Shown one piece after another: positions 1-8,723 of a DNA stretch of 53,663 nt (its first letter is position 1; each line of letters opens with the position of its first letter). The position numbers and the translations under genes are program-made. The stretch is taken from the IMG/VR virus record IMGVR_UViG_3300023178_000063, positions 1-53,663 of that record. One strand, written 5' to 3'. The notes under the pieces were generated by a model, which was given only the letters and a program-made list of their open reading frames with translations, did not search any database and was not told where the DNA came from. Source of the stretch: a virus. Lineage: Duplodnaviria; Caudoviricetes.

Positions 1-805
1 TAGCATCAAGTCTGTAGCTGTGTCTTTCTTCATATGTGTATTTACGATATAATTCCAAACTATCTAAATGCACTCTACCTATTAGGTCAAAGGTAACAGC
101 TGATTTGCCATACTTTTCATATTCACGTTTCTTAGGAAGTTGTCCCCACAGACAAAAACGTCTTGTGTCGTCCTTGCTTAGTACACGACTTACACGATTA
201 ACTGTATACGGAATATCATAACCTTCACTGTTCCAACCTGACAAGATATCTGCATCTTGTATCAAGTCTAAGAAGGTGTTTAGCATTTCACCTTCATCTT
301 CAAACAGTACAACACCTTCTAAGCCTTCAACTTCTTTTTGTGCTTGCTCCATAGTAAGTGTCTTAGGCGGAACAGCAAGACACACCATAGTTTCTAACCA
401 TTGCAAATATACAGATACAGATGTAATAGGCATAAAAGGATCTGCTGGATCAGCAAATCCACGCTCTGGATCAAAGTCCGTCTCAATATCGAAGAATGCA
501 ATGTTTAGTTTAGGTGCATCTTGGTTGAGATAGTTCTCACTTAGGCATTGAAAGATTGGATTAATATCGCTTTCGAACAAGTTCTTGCCTTTGTTAATAG
601 CAACTTCTTTGCGAAAGTCTTTGGTGTTCTTACAAACAATACGACTCAAAGGATCGCCGTACACACTTTTGTACTTTCCTCGTGGATCTTCATAGTAAAA
701 AGTATATTTTGCAGGATATTCAGTAAAATGTCGTTTACCGTCGCGTCTTTCAACTACACGAATAATGTCCTGATCGCGGTCAAACATTGCATCAACGTAC
801 GGCAT
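1..805 (-). CDS. polB: Family B DNA polymerase, N-terminal part with 3'-5' exonuclease domain (continues past left edge)
   Basis: Not in ORF track; manual translation from ATG at 805 gives MPYVDAMFDRDQDIIRVVERR...AFFDIETDFD (ExoI)...LSGWNSEGYDIPY (ExoII); GGAG SD upstream. Confidence 0.88.
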   Translation of the reverse strand, partial: MPYVDAMFDRDQDIIRVVERRDGKRHFTEYPAKYTFYYEDPRGKYKSVYGDPLSRIVCKNTKDFRKEVAINKGKNLFESDINPIFQCLSENYLNQDAPKLNIAFFDIETDFDPERGFADPADPFMPITSVSVYLQWLETMVCLAVPPKTLTMEQAQKEVEGLEGVVLFEDEGEMLNTFLDLIQDADILSGWNSEGYDIPYTVNRVSRVLSKDDTRRFCLWGQLPKKREYEKYGKSAVTFDLIGRVHLDSLELYRKYTYEERHSYRLDA

Positions 806-1502
806 TTAATTTTTCTCCTAATTGCATTGCTTTTTTATAGTCGTTATTACTAAAACTAAAGTTATATAAAATAAAACTATTAATGCGTTCTTGACTTACC
901 CATTTAGTTTTAATATCTATCTTTTCATTTGTTATTGGTGTTAAGTATGCGATAATTGTACCTGCTTTTATAATAATTGTTTTTTCTTCTGAGCTACTTG
1001 GCAAAATCATATTGATGTGAGAAGCATGTTGAACATTAAAGTTTAACATACCGGGCAACGTTTGATAATCGTCTGCAACTGGTTTATGCCATATAGCGTC
1101 ATGCATCATAAATTGTGTTTTTTTATTGCTGGTAATGTACCATGGTGAGATAAGTTTTATCTGAGTACAACCTGGAAATGCATCTCCCCATTGTGATGGA
1201 TGATGCGGTTGTATCATATTAGGAACTTCTTCTGCTGGAAGACCGGCAATAGATGCATTTTTTAATTGTCCGTTCTGATGGGTTATTTCATAATCAGCCC
1301 ATAACGGAATTCCTATAGAGTTTTTTAAGAGATCTACGAATCCTGGACAGTGGCGCAATGTTCTTGCACCAGGTTCTTTAGTAATACTGCCATACCAGTC
1401 AGGAATTAGATCCGGCAGTGAATATTTTGGAGGGAATAAATCGAGCACATGCTGACTACCAGAAATGTGAAAGGTCAGACTTGTTTTCTTTTTCTTAAAC
1501 AT
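792..1502 (-). CDS. Hypothetical protein
   Basis: 236-aa ORF, GAAGGA SD, 3' end overlaps polymerase start. Confidence 0.75.
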   Translation of the reverse strand: MFKKKKTSLTFHISGSQHVLDLFPPKYSLPDLIPDWYGSITKEPGARTLRHCPGFVDLLKNSIGIPLWADYEITHQNGQLKNASIAGLPAEEVPNMIQPHHPSQWGDAFPGCTQIKLISPWYITSNKKTQFMMHDAIWHKPVADDYQTLPGMLNFNVQHASHINMILPSSSEEKTIIIKAGTIIAYLTPITNEKIDIKTKWVSQERINSFILYNFSFSNNDYKKAMQLGEKLNAVR

Positions 1503-1571
1503 ATTTTCCTTCGTTGCTTGTGGCCAACTTAACCTTCATACATGCCCGGCAATTGCCATTGGCGTTACTAT

Positions 1572-1578
1572 TATTTAT
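1572..1578 (-). promoter_or_regulatory. T4-late-like promoter box ATAAATA
   Basis: tatttat on + strand, overlapping stop of upstream gene, followed by ~70-nt leader. Confidence 0.55.
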
Positions 1579-1829
1579 TGTGCAAGTAATCCAACTAAGT
1601 AAATTATGGTTAAACCTGCATTCAATGTAATCAAACTTTTTTCTTTCCAAAGTATACCTATTGCTACCCACATAAAATTTGCCACTGTAAATGCATAATG
1701 ATGCAAATTACCTGGTAAATCAAAGTACATTGGCTCTGATGGATATAAACTTGCTATTGCTGCCGCACCAATAAGAAATGCTGTAGCAATCCATGCAAAA
1801 ATTTGATATGGTTTTTGTTCTACCACCAT
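1575..1829 (-). CDS. Small membrane protein (~3 TM)
   Basis: Three hydrophobic stretches in 84 aa. Confidence 0.75.
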   Translation of the reverse strand: MVVEQKPYQIFAWIATAFLIGAAAIASLYPSEPMYFDLPGNLHHYAFTVANFMWVAIGILWKEKSLITLNAGLTIIYLVGLLAQ

Positions 1830-2104
1830 TGCATTGCTACTCCAAAACCAAGTATATTAACAAATACAAACCAACCTGTTAGTGCCATAGGCCAAGCAAG
1901 TTTTCGTCTGTAATAACCTAATACACCTGTAACACTTCCTATAAAAAAGAAAGGATATACAATACGCATATCAGGTGCATCTGCTGTTAAGGCCAGAGAA
2001 GCACTTGCGGTCACAGTAAACACAAAACTAAGTAGTTCGAATATAAATGCTACACGATCTGTTTGGTAACTGTGTAGCCAAAAGTTTTTAATTTTATCTA
2101 TCAC
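1820..2104 (-). CDS. Small membrane protein (~3 TM), possibly half-PnuC/SemiSWEET-like
   Basis: Three hydrophobic helices; overlaps both neighbours; family guess is tentative. Confidence 0.7.
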   Translation of the reverse strand: MIDKIKNFWLHSYQTDRVAFIFELLSFVFTVTASASLALTADAPDMRIVYPFFFIGSVTGVLGYYRRKLAWPMALTGWFVFVNILGFGVAMQWW

Positions 2105-2361
2105 TTATCATAACCAAGTGTAGTAATAAGTGTTTCGAGATCGTCAAACTCATCATAATGACGATTCCAATCTCTATTTTTAGCAACTTTAATTGCTTTA
2201 TTAATTAATGAAGGCTTAATATCCATTTCTTCTGCTACTGCTTTTACAGTATCTTTTAGTCCTGCCTGCAAATCTTCAACTTCTTGCATAACTGTTACGC
2301 CTTCTTGTACAATTCTTTCAAGTTTTGCTTTTTCGTCAGCACCGTATACTCGGTCACCCAT
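2101..2361 (-). CDS. T4 DsbA/GapR-like dsDNA-binding protein
   Basis: 86 aa, helical pattern KLERIVQEG...LKDTVKAVAEEMDIKPSLINKAIKV; AGGAG SD. Confidence 0.65.
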   Translation of the reverse strand: MGDRVYGADEKAKLERIVQEGVTVMQEVEDLQAGLKDTVKAVAEEMDIKPSLINKAIKVAKNRDWNRHYDEFDDLETLITTLGYDK

Positions 2362-2389
2362 AGGTTACTCCTTTGTTAATTTAAGTTAT

Positions 2390-2418
2390 ATTATAAATGA
2401 TTATTGTGGAAAGGTCAA
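2390..2418 (-). promoter_or_regulatory. Sigma70-type promoter TTGACC-N17-TATAAT
   Basis: -35 at 2418-2413, -10 at 2395-2390. Confidence 0.8.
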
Positions 2419-2681
2419 GACTTTTCTGAGTCTTTTTTAGAGTTTTTGATTAAATCTCTCATGTATTCTAATCTGCGTCTATATGTAGGATTGCGTAGTA
2501 ATTCTTGAAATAATTCAGCATATCCTTTGATAGCATCACGTTCAATAGATGATAAATGTTTTCCTTGAGCAGATTTTTCAATAGCCATAGCGGCAATGGC
2601 TGCACTTTGTTCAGGATCTAAATCTACTGCACCTTGAGCAACTAAACCGTCTAATTCTTTAAGTAATTTATGAAAATCCAT
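2415..2681 (-). CDS. Hypothetical protein
   Basis: 88-aa ORF coupled to upstream gene (TAATG). Confidence 0.7.
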   Translation of the reverse strand: MDFHKLLKELDGLVAQGAVDLDPEQSAAIAAMAIEKSAQGKHLSSIERDAIKGYAELFQELLRNPTYRRRLEYMRDLIKNSKKDSEKS

Positions 2682-3106
2682 TATTTTCTTAATCCTAATT
2701 CTTTTTCTTGCTCAATACCTTTTTGCTCAATTTCAGCTACTTTATTAGGTAATACACGATTTATAAGTGACGGATTAGCTCTTAATATTGCTCTTGCTCT
2801 TGCCCAACGATCTTGACTCATTAGTTGAAATATTACAACTTTAGCTTCTTGATCTGTTTTACCTTGTACTGCTGTAGCTGGGCCGCTATAGGATTTCCAT
2901 TTATTAAAAGATTTAGCTGTTTCCGCTTGAGAAATTGTGCTCATATCCATTGTGCGATCTGTACCGCTGTAATCGCCTTGTGCAGGATGATCCCATGCTG
3001 TTTGCCGATCAGTAGTACCTTTTGTAGTCTTGGTTACAAGACTGGCAAGCGCACCGGCGTCGAAGTTTGGCGATTCTTCTTGAAGCGTTATTTCAAATAC
3101 TTTCAT
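2681..3106 (-). CDS. Hypothetical protein with MKxxE leader
   Basis: Starts MKVFEITLQEE; TAATG coupling. Confidence 0.75.
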   Translation of the reverse strand: MKVFEITLQEESPNFDAGALASLVTKTTKGTTDRQTAWDHPAQGDYSGTDRTMDMSTISQAETAKSFNKWKSYSGPATAVQGKTDQEAKVVIFQLMSQDRWARARAILRANPSLINRVLPNKVAEIEQKGIEQEKELGLRK

Positions 3107-3294
3107 TATAAATCGACCTTATTAAGATCAACTCTTGAGTTTATTCTACTTTTATTGTTATGTCGTTTTTTAAGTAAAAGAAGTTTATCAAGTGAATCTT
3201 TAGACTTTACTGCCAGGTCTAATCCTATATCAGCCGCCTCTTTAACTGTGTTGTTATTTTCTTTTATATTACTAAAAACTTCAAATGCTTTCAC
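3106..3294 (-). CDS. Hypothetical protein with MKxxE leader
   Basis: GTG start, MKAFEVFSNIKE, AAGGA SD. Confidence 0.65.
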   Translation of the reverse strand: MKAFEVFSNIKENNNTVKEAADIGLDLAVKSKDSLDKLLLLKKRHNNKSRINSRVDLNKVDL

Positions 3295-3310
3295 TTTAAA
3301 TATCCTTTAA

Positions 3311-6127
3311 TTATTGAGCAAGCAATCTTATATTTGATTTCATGTTTGCTGGAAATAATGCAAACGCATCAGCATCTGCAATTATTTTCTTTGCAAGTGC
3401 TTGAACATCAGCAGTGTCTGCATTAGGATCGTTAGCCATAGCAATTATTTGATCATTGTATGCAAATGCTCTTGCTGTAGCATCAGAGCCTGTAGTTGCG
3501 TTAGTATCACCACCAGTTGCTTCTGGATCATCTGCGTTAGCACTATCAGCCGCACTATTATCATCTGAAGGATTCATTGAATTTCTCAAAGCATCCATTA
3601 ACTGCCCACGTTTAAATGATTTTAATACTTCGGCTGCTTCTGATTTGTTTACTATTTTGCCGCCATTTGGTTCACCAGCAGAGTCTGGAACTCTTTGGTT
3701 ACCGTTTAGGACACTTATTACTCGATCAAAGTCGTTTTGTAAATCCATTAATTGATTCATATCTGCGCCCTGTAATTGAAGTGCTCCAACAAGTGCTTCT
3801 GCCTCTGCTTTGCTCATATCTGATTTGTAAAAAGTATCTACGTCTAAGAAATCACCTGATACGTAAGAAGATGCACCGCCACCAGTTGCTTCTGGATCAT
3901 CTGCGTTAGCACTATCAGCCGCACTATCATCGTCTTTTGGTTTAGATCTTATTGGAAGATTAGGACCAACCCCTTCGCCGCTACTAATCTCATTTCCGTC
4001 GTCGTCGTATACTGTATATCGTTTCATTTGGCCACTACCAGTAACTTCTTTATATGCTGGAGGACCTACTTCATCTTCGGAGTCTTGGCTTCCTGGATCT
4101 TCACTACCTTGTTGTGCTTCCCATTCTTCTTTAGTAGGTAAGTTTGTTGGTCCTGCACCTCTACCATTGCGTAGTTCATTACCGTCTTTGTCAAATACTT
4201 TATAGCGTTTGCTTTGACCTGAACCTGTTACTTCTTTATATGCCGCTTCACCTCTTGTACCATCGTCTGGTCCTGAAGTTGGTTCTTCGTCGTCTTCTGG
4301 TGGACGTTCCACACCAACACCGTCAATAGTACCGTAAGTAATTTCTGGAGGAATTTTATCCCAGTCTGGGTTACCATCAGCGTCTAAATATTCTGCTGGA
4401 ATTTCGTCACCATTTTCAAAGTCACCAGTATCTGCATTTCCATCTAACGCTTGTTTTGCATCTTTCATTATATCTGCAAATCGTTTTTGTGCTGGTTTCG
4501 GCAGTACTTGATTCCATTCAGGGTCATCGTATGCTGGTTTTAATTCATTATATAGTGTTTGTAATTCTTGTTTTTCTGCATCAGACAATGCTTCAGTTAA
4601 CATACGTTCTACAAGATTAATCATATCACGTATATTGACGTTTGCAGATTCTGCAGAAACATTATTAGAACCTATTGCTCCGCCTGATTGTAAATCTGGA
4701 TCGTTTGCATTAATAGCACTACCGTCTGTTTGCCCAGATGATGTTGTGCCGCCAGTTCCGCTTTTCTTAACAAGCTCTTCCATGCGTGTCATTGCTCTAC
4801 GGAAATCTGCAAATGATTTATTATTACCGTATTTGATAGATCTTAGTTTAACAATCATGCCAATAGTTTCTGGACCTGCATCGCCGTCAACTTTTGCACC
4901 TGTGTATTCTTGGAATTCTTTAACAGCTGAAATAGTATTGCTACCGTAAGTGCCGTCTGCACCTTTGGTATCAAACCCTAAATCAGTTAAGAATTGTTGC
5001 AATTCTTTAATAGCATCTACTTCTTCTGGATCGTTAGCAAGACCGCCTTTGCCTGATTTGGCAAATGCTTCTAAATCACCCGATGGAGTATCGTCATCTT
5101 TTGAATCATCTGCTCCTTTATCATTGCTATCGTCGCTTGCTTTTTGTGCTTCCGGATCAACTTCGTCATCTGCTTTGTCATCTGCTTTGTCATCTGCTTT
5201 GTCATCTGAATCAGCTGATCTCATTTCTTTAACTCGATCAATAACTGGTTGATATTGATTTAATCTTCTTAGTAAGTTAGTACGATCAAATCTGCTGATT
5301 AAATATTCGTTATCTCCCATATTGGGATCTTGGAAGTTAGCAATTTTGTTTAAGTCATCAAATATTTTTAATAACTCTTCCATTTCAGAATTGCTTAATG
5401 CTTCAATTAATATAATTGCTTGGTCTGATTCAGTAAGCATGCCTTTTAAACTATTTGGAATGCTTTCGTTCATCTTACGAATTAGCTCATCTAATCTTCT
5501 TACGAGCTGACCTGCTTTTGTATCTAAATTACGTTTGCTTCTACTGTCGTTTGTAAAGGTAGAACCGTCTGATAATACTAATTTATACGGATCTTCGTTA
5601 GGTGTTGCGTTATCTGCCGCATCAGCATCTAACTCATCGTTACTTTGTGGTGCACCATCAATTTGAGCATCGCCAGTTTTTGCTCCGGTCATGCCTCCCC
5701 AAATTTCCCAATCTGGATATTTTTCTTTTGCTTTTTCTAATCTTTTTGGAGGTAGCATGTTAAGCTCTGCAAGTTTCTTAACATCTTTTTCTTTCATTCC
5801 TAAACCAAATGCTGTACCTGTTTCTGCAAACCGTGTACTATTTTCGTCTGGCTTAGTAGTTACAATACCGCCGAGTGTTGCACTGTCAGGTTTATACATT
5901 CCAACAACACCTAATTTTTGTGCAACCTTGCCTAAAAAGTAGTTACGATGGCCGTGCCAAAACTTTCCAGGTAAACTATTGTATATTTTTTCTACATCTG
6001 CATAAGTACTTCCAGAACCGATAGTATCTACTTTAGCATCAATTTCAGCTTTATCATTTCTGCTTACTTCATCTAACTGCTGATTGGCTTCGTCTAAGAT
6101 ATCGATATATTGTCTAAGATTGTTCAT
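3311..6127 (-). CDS. Large acidic modular protein with peptidoglycan-binding domain and internal duplications
   Basis: PG-binding motif IKELQQFL..LGF...ADGTYGSNTISAVKEFQ...KVDGDAGPET; duplicated AYKEVTGSGQ.KRY module; DDKA repeats. Confidence 0.8.
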   Translation of the reverse strand: MNNLRQYIDILDEANQQLDEVSRNDKAEIDAKVDTIGSGSTYADVEKIYNSLPGKFWHGHRNYFLGKVAQKLGVVGMYKPDSATLGGIVTTKPDENSTRFAETGTAFGLGMKEKDVKKLAELNMLPPKRLEKAKEKYPDWEIWGGMTGAKTGDAQIDGAPQSNDELDADAADNATPNEDPYKLVLSDGSTFTNDSRSKRNLDTKAGQLVRRLDELIRKMNESIPNSLKGMLTESDQAIILIEALSNSEMEELLKIFDDLNKIANFQDPNMGDNEYLISRFDRTNLLRRLNQYQPVIDRVKEMRSADSDDKADDKADDKADDEVDPEAQKASDDSNDKGADDSKDDDTPSGDLEAFAKSGKGGLANDPEEVDAIKELQQFLTDLGFDTKGADGTYGSNTISAVKEFQEYTGAKVDGDAGPETIGMIVKLRSIKYGNNKSFADFRRAMTRMEELVKKSGTGGTTSSGQTDGSAINANDPDLQSGGAIGSNNVSAESANVNIRDMINLVERMLTEALSDAEKQELQTLYNELKPAYDDPEWNQVLPKPAQKRFADIMKDAKQALDGNADTGDFENGDEIPAEYLDADGNPDWDKIPPEITYGTIDGVGVERPPEDDEEPTSGPDDGTRGEAAYKEVTGSGQSKRYKVFDKDGNELRNGRGAGPTNLPTKEEWEAQQGSEDPGSQDSEDEVGPPAYKEVTGSGQMKRYTVYDDDGNEISSGEGVGPNLPIRSKPKDDDSAADSANADDPEATGGGASSYVSGDFLDVDTFYKSDMSKAEAEALVGALQLQGADMNQLMDLQNDFDRVISVLNGNQRVPDSAGEPNGGKIVNKSEAAEVLKSFKRGQLMDALRNSMNPSDDNSAADSANADDPEATGGDTNATTGSDATARAFAYNDQIIAMANDPNADTADVQALAKKIIADADAFALFPANMKSNIRLLAQ
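3510..3927. repeat. 49-bp identical direct repeat (3510-3558 and 3879-3927), coding SAADSANADDPEATGG
   Basis: ccaccagttgcttctggatcatctgcgttagcactatcagccgcactat seen twice. Confidence 0.9.
5166..5207. repeat. 12-bp coding tandem repeat (DDKA)
   Basis: tcatctgctttg about 3.5 copies. Confidence 0.85.
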
Positions 6128-6473
6128 TGTCTTTTCTACCTGTTTTTTCTTTTAAGCGTTGAGATAATGAATGTTTATAATCAGCACCTTCTAATGTTGG
6201 AGCATTTTTTTGTACAAAGTTTTCTTCGTAATCAAGGTGATGATATACAGATCCTAAATAATCAGCGGCTTTGGTAATTTTTGATTGTACCCAGCCTTCT
6301 AAACCTTCTTGCTCGCTTACGCCTTTTAGCATTTCGTGCAATTTAATTGAATATTTGGCAATTTTGTACAAATCAGCCCTTGCCATTTGTACTTCGTGAT
6401 CTTGTTCGGCTCGCTGTGCTAAATCTGCTAAGCCTTCGTCTGCACGAGTTTTTTGTAGATCGTGTCTGTTCAT
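6114..6473 (-). CDS. Hypothetical protein
   Basis: 119 aa, GGAG SD, contains LEGWVQSKITKAADYL helix seen in T4-like phage hypotheticals. Confidence 0.75.
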   Translation of the reverse strand: MNRHDLQKTRADEGLADLAQRAEQDHEVQMARADLYKIAKYSIKLHEMLKGVSEQEGLEGWVQSKITKAADYLGSVYHHLDYEENFVQKNAPTLEGADYKHSLSQRLKEKTGRKDNEQS

Positions 6474-6485
6474 TTAAAATACTCC

Positions 6486-6535
6486 AAAAAGTTATAACTT
6501 TATTGTAGTATTTATCAGATTGATAAAGTTATGAC
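6486..6535 (-). terminator. Hairpin plus U-tract with ATAAATA box (6509-6515) in the loop
   Basis: Arms gttataactttat (6491-6503) / ataaagttatgac (6523-6535), then TTTTT on the minus strand. Confidence 0.55.
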
Positions 6536-6711
6536 TTAGTTTTGTTTTTTGATTTTTTAGGTTTTTTAGTGCCTAACATATTGTCTTGATCTAATGCATT
6601 TTTTGCAGTACCGTCTGGATTTTTCATTTGACGGCTAACCATACCACCTACTGGTGTAGCAACACTTGCAATTGATCCTGCTGTTGTTTCACATAGTTCT
6701 TTTATTTTCAT
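6529..6711 (-). CDS. Small basic hypothetical protein with MKxxE leader
   Basis: MKIKELCETTAGSIASV..., Lys-rich C-terminus, ATGA overlap. Confidence 0.7.
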   Translation of the reverse strand: MKIKELCETTAGSIASVATPVGGMVSRQMKNPDGTAKNALDQDNMLGTKKPKKSKNKTKS

Positions 6712-7430
6712 GATTTATTCCTACCTGATTTCATATTAGCACACCAATGATACATTTTTGCCTTTTCACCACTTGCGTTTTTAGCACGTTTGCGTAAACT
6801 TGTTACACTTCCATTGCAACTTGCACCTGCACGTTTTACACGCCCTGGTCTGCTTTTGCCTTTTTCCTTACCATCAGCAAAGTTTTCTGTAAACAACCTT
6901 GGATTATGTTCTGCCCATCGTCTTAGTAAAACCCCTGCCATTGCATTTGCTTCATTTTCGTCTGGACTTCCATCTGAACCGTCTAATTCTTCTTTTTCTT
7001 CACGCTGTTTACAATGTACAAGCTCGTGTGCCAGTGTACGCATTGTATCCATTTGATGTCTACCATTATAACTTACAGTAATACTATCTTCATCTATATT
7101 ATAAAATCCAAATGTTTTAGGTAGAGCTTTATTGGTTACTGTGATTGGAGGTAATTTTTCTATACCTAATCTTTTAGCACAAAATCTAATAAATTCTTTA
7201 TAATTATTTTTTGTTTTATCGTCAATTGATTCAGCAAGACCTAAATTAAATAATACGTTTGTTTTAGAACCTTTTACTTTTTTGCTTAGTGTAGGAGGTC
7301 TTCCGTTTTTGTCTACAGTGTTACCAAACTTACTTGCCTCAATAGGAATCTGATCAACACCTACGTCTACTGTAGTGTTAACGCCTTTTACAATTCTTCC
7401 ATCTTCGTTTAGTATTTCGTAGACTTTCAT
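6708..7430 (-). CDS. Modular protein with central zincin-like HExxH metallopeptidase domain
   Basis: RTLAHELVHCKQ...DENEANAMAG; MKVYEILNE leader. Confidence 0.75.
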   Translation of the reverse strand: MKVYEILNEDGRIVKGVNTTVDVGVDQIPIEASKFGNTVDKNGRPPTLSKKVKGSKTNVLFNLGLAESIDDKTKNNYKEFIRFCAKRLGIEKLPPITVTNKALPKTFGFYNIDEDSITVSYNGRHQMDTMRTLAHELVHCKQREEKEELDGSDGSPDENEANAMAGVLLRRWAEHNPRLFTENFADGKEKGKSRPGRVKRAGASCNGSVTSLRKRAKNASGEKAKMYHWCANMKSGRNKS

Positions 7431-7847
7431 TTACAACTTAGGACCTTTTAGTGTTTGTGATGCTGTTGGTCTTGCGTAAGGTTCAGCATTTTTAATAATG
7501 TCTTTTATTTGACCAATAGTTTTTTCTTGATCTCTAATAACTCTACCAAGATTACGAAGTTCGCCTTGTGTTAACATTTGATCAGGTTTGGCTTGTAATT
7601 TACCAATAAAGTCTTTACTTTCAATAAATTCTTGATTGTCTTTAGCACGTTTTTGTAATTTGTCTAATTGCTTTAGTTTATCAGGACTTAGTTTAACAGG
7701 AGTCTTACCCCAAATCTGTTGCCAGTATCTATGTATAAGAACGTGTCCTCTTTCAAACATGCTGGGCTTTACTATTCCTCGTAAGATATTTACTATAGCA
7801 AATAATAGCGGTGGCATCATTTCACTTAATACTTCGTTTGCCTTCAT
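7431..7847 (-). CDS. Hypothetical protein with MKxxE leader
   Basis: MKANEVLSE; abuts neighbours. Confidence 0.7.
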   Translation of the reverse strand: MKANEVLSEMMPPLLFAIVNILRGIVKPSMFERGHVLIHRYWQQIWGKTPVKLSPDKLKQLDKLQKRAKDNQEFIESKDFIGKLQAKPDQMLTQGELRNLGRVIRDQEKTIGQIKDIIKNAEPYARPTASQTLKGPKL

Positions 7848-8071
7848 TTCTTACGTCCTCTAAATTGAGTAGGGCCTGTCATATAAGGCTTACTAAACCA
7901 TAACTTAAACCAGTCAGCATCTCCTGGTTTTAGTCCTAAATCTTTTTCTTTTTTCTTAAGTGCTGTAGCAGTTTCACTTGGATTTTCGTCAATTTTGTAC
8001 TCCGAGTATCCTTTGAACTCGTTTACACCTGCAAGACGTTTTAGTTCTTCAATACTATCATACATCGCCAA
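7844..8071 (-). CDS. Hypothetical protein
   Basis: IEELKRLAGVNE motif; PGDADWFKLWFSKPY. Confidence 0.7.
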   Translation of the reverse strand: MAMYDSIEELKRLAGVNEFKGYSEYKIDENPSETATALKKKEKDLGLKPGDADWFKLWFSKPYMTGPTQFRGRKK

Positions 8072-8723
8072 ATGCTTTCCTTGATAGTTCTAATCCTTCT
8101 TCTTGTGAAATAACTTTACCGTTGTTTTTAAATATAACTTCACCACCTGTAGAGTTTGCTATATTCACAAGATCCTTCATACTTCTGGCACCGCGGCCTG
8201 CCTCTTGTGCTATTGCCTTGGCGTTTTGTAGTTGTTTTGGTGATGCCTTAGTAGCGTCAAACTTTGCCTCGAAAGAGAACTGACCAAGGTTATAGTAAAG
8301 GCTTATAGTATTACCTGTTTGTTTGGCACTAACACCGCCCATTGAGTAACTTGTAGAATCGCTATCGTCTGATATTTTATTGCCTTGCTGATCGTAGGTT
8401 GCTTTTATATCAAATCCTTTGTTTGAATAGTTAACAACAAATGTTTTCTTTTTAATATTATGTACTTGTTTTAATCCACCAATACTTGGTGTAATATACA
8501 TACTTGGTTGACCGTTTTTATCCCAGATAAAAGTTCCTGCACCACTATCTAAACGTGTGCCACCTGTCTTGGTTGTCTTAATTGTTTCACCATTCTCGGT
8601 ACTGTATGGTTGTGGTTTTGCTTCTGGCTTCTTTGGAAATGGTTCAAGCATTGGTTTGATTTTTTCAGGAGCAGCCTTTCCTAATGGAGATAATGCGTTT
8701 TCAATAATTTCGTATACCTTCAT
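8058..8723 (-). CDS. Hypothetical protein with MKxxE leader
   Basis: MKVYEIIENA; TAATG coupling. Confidence 0.75.
   Translation of the reverse strand: MKVYEIIENALSPLGKAAPEKIKPMLEPFPKKPEAKPQPYSTENGETIKTTKTGGTRLDSGAGTFIWDKNGQPSMYITPSIGGLKQVHNIKKKTFVVNYSNKGFDIKATYDQQGNKISDDSDSTSYSMGGVSAKQTGNTISLYYNLGQFSFEAKFDATKASPKQLQNAKAIAQEAGRGARSMKDLVNIANSTGGEVIFKNNGKVISQEEGLELSRKAFGDV

Noticed and set aside
36-853. Three plus-strand ORFs at the left edge
   Set aside because: Antisense shadows of the polB frame, which the track missed because it is truncated
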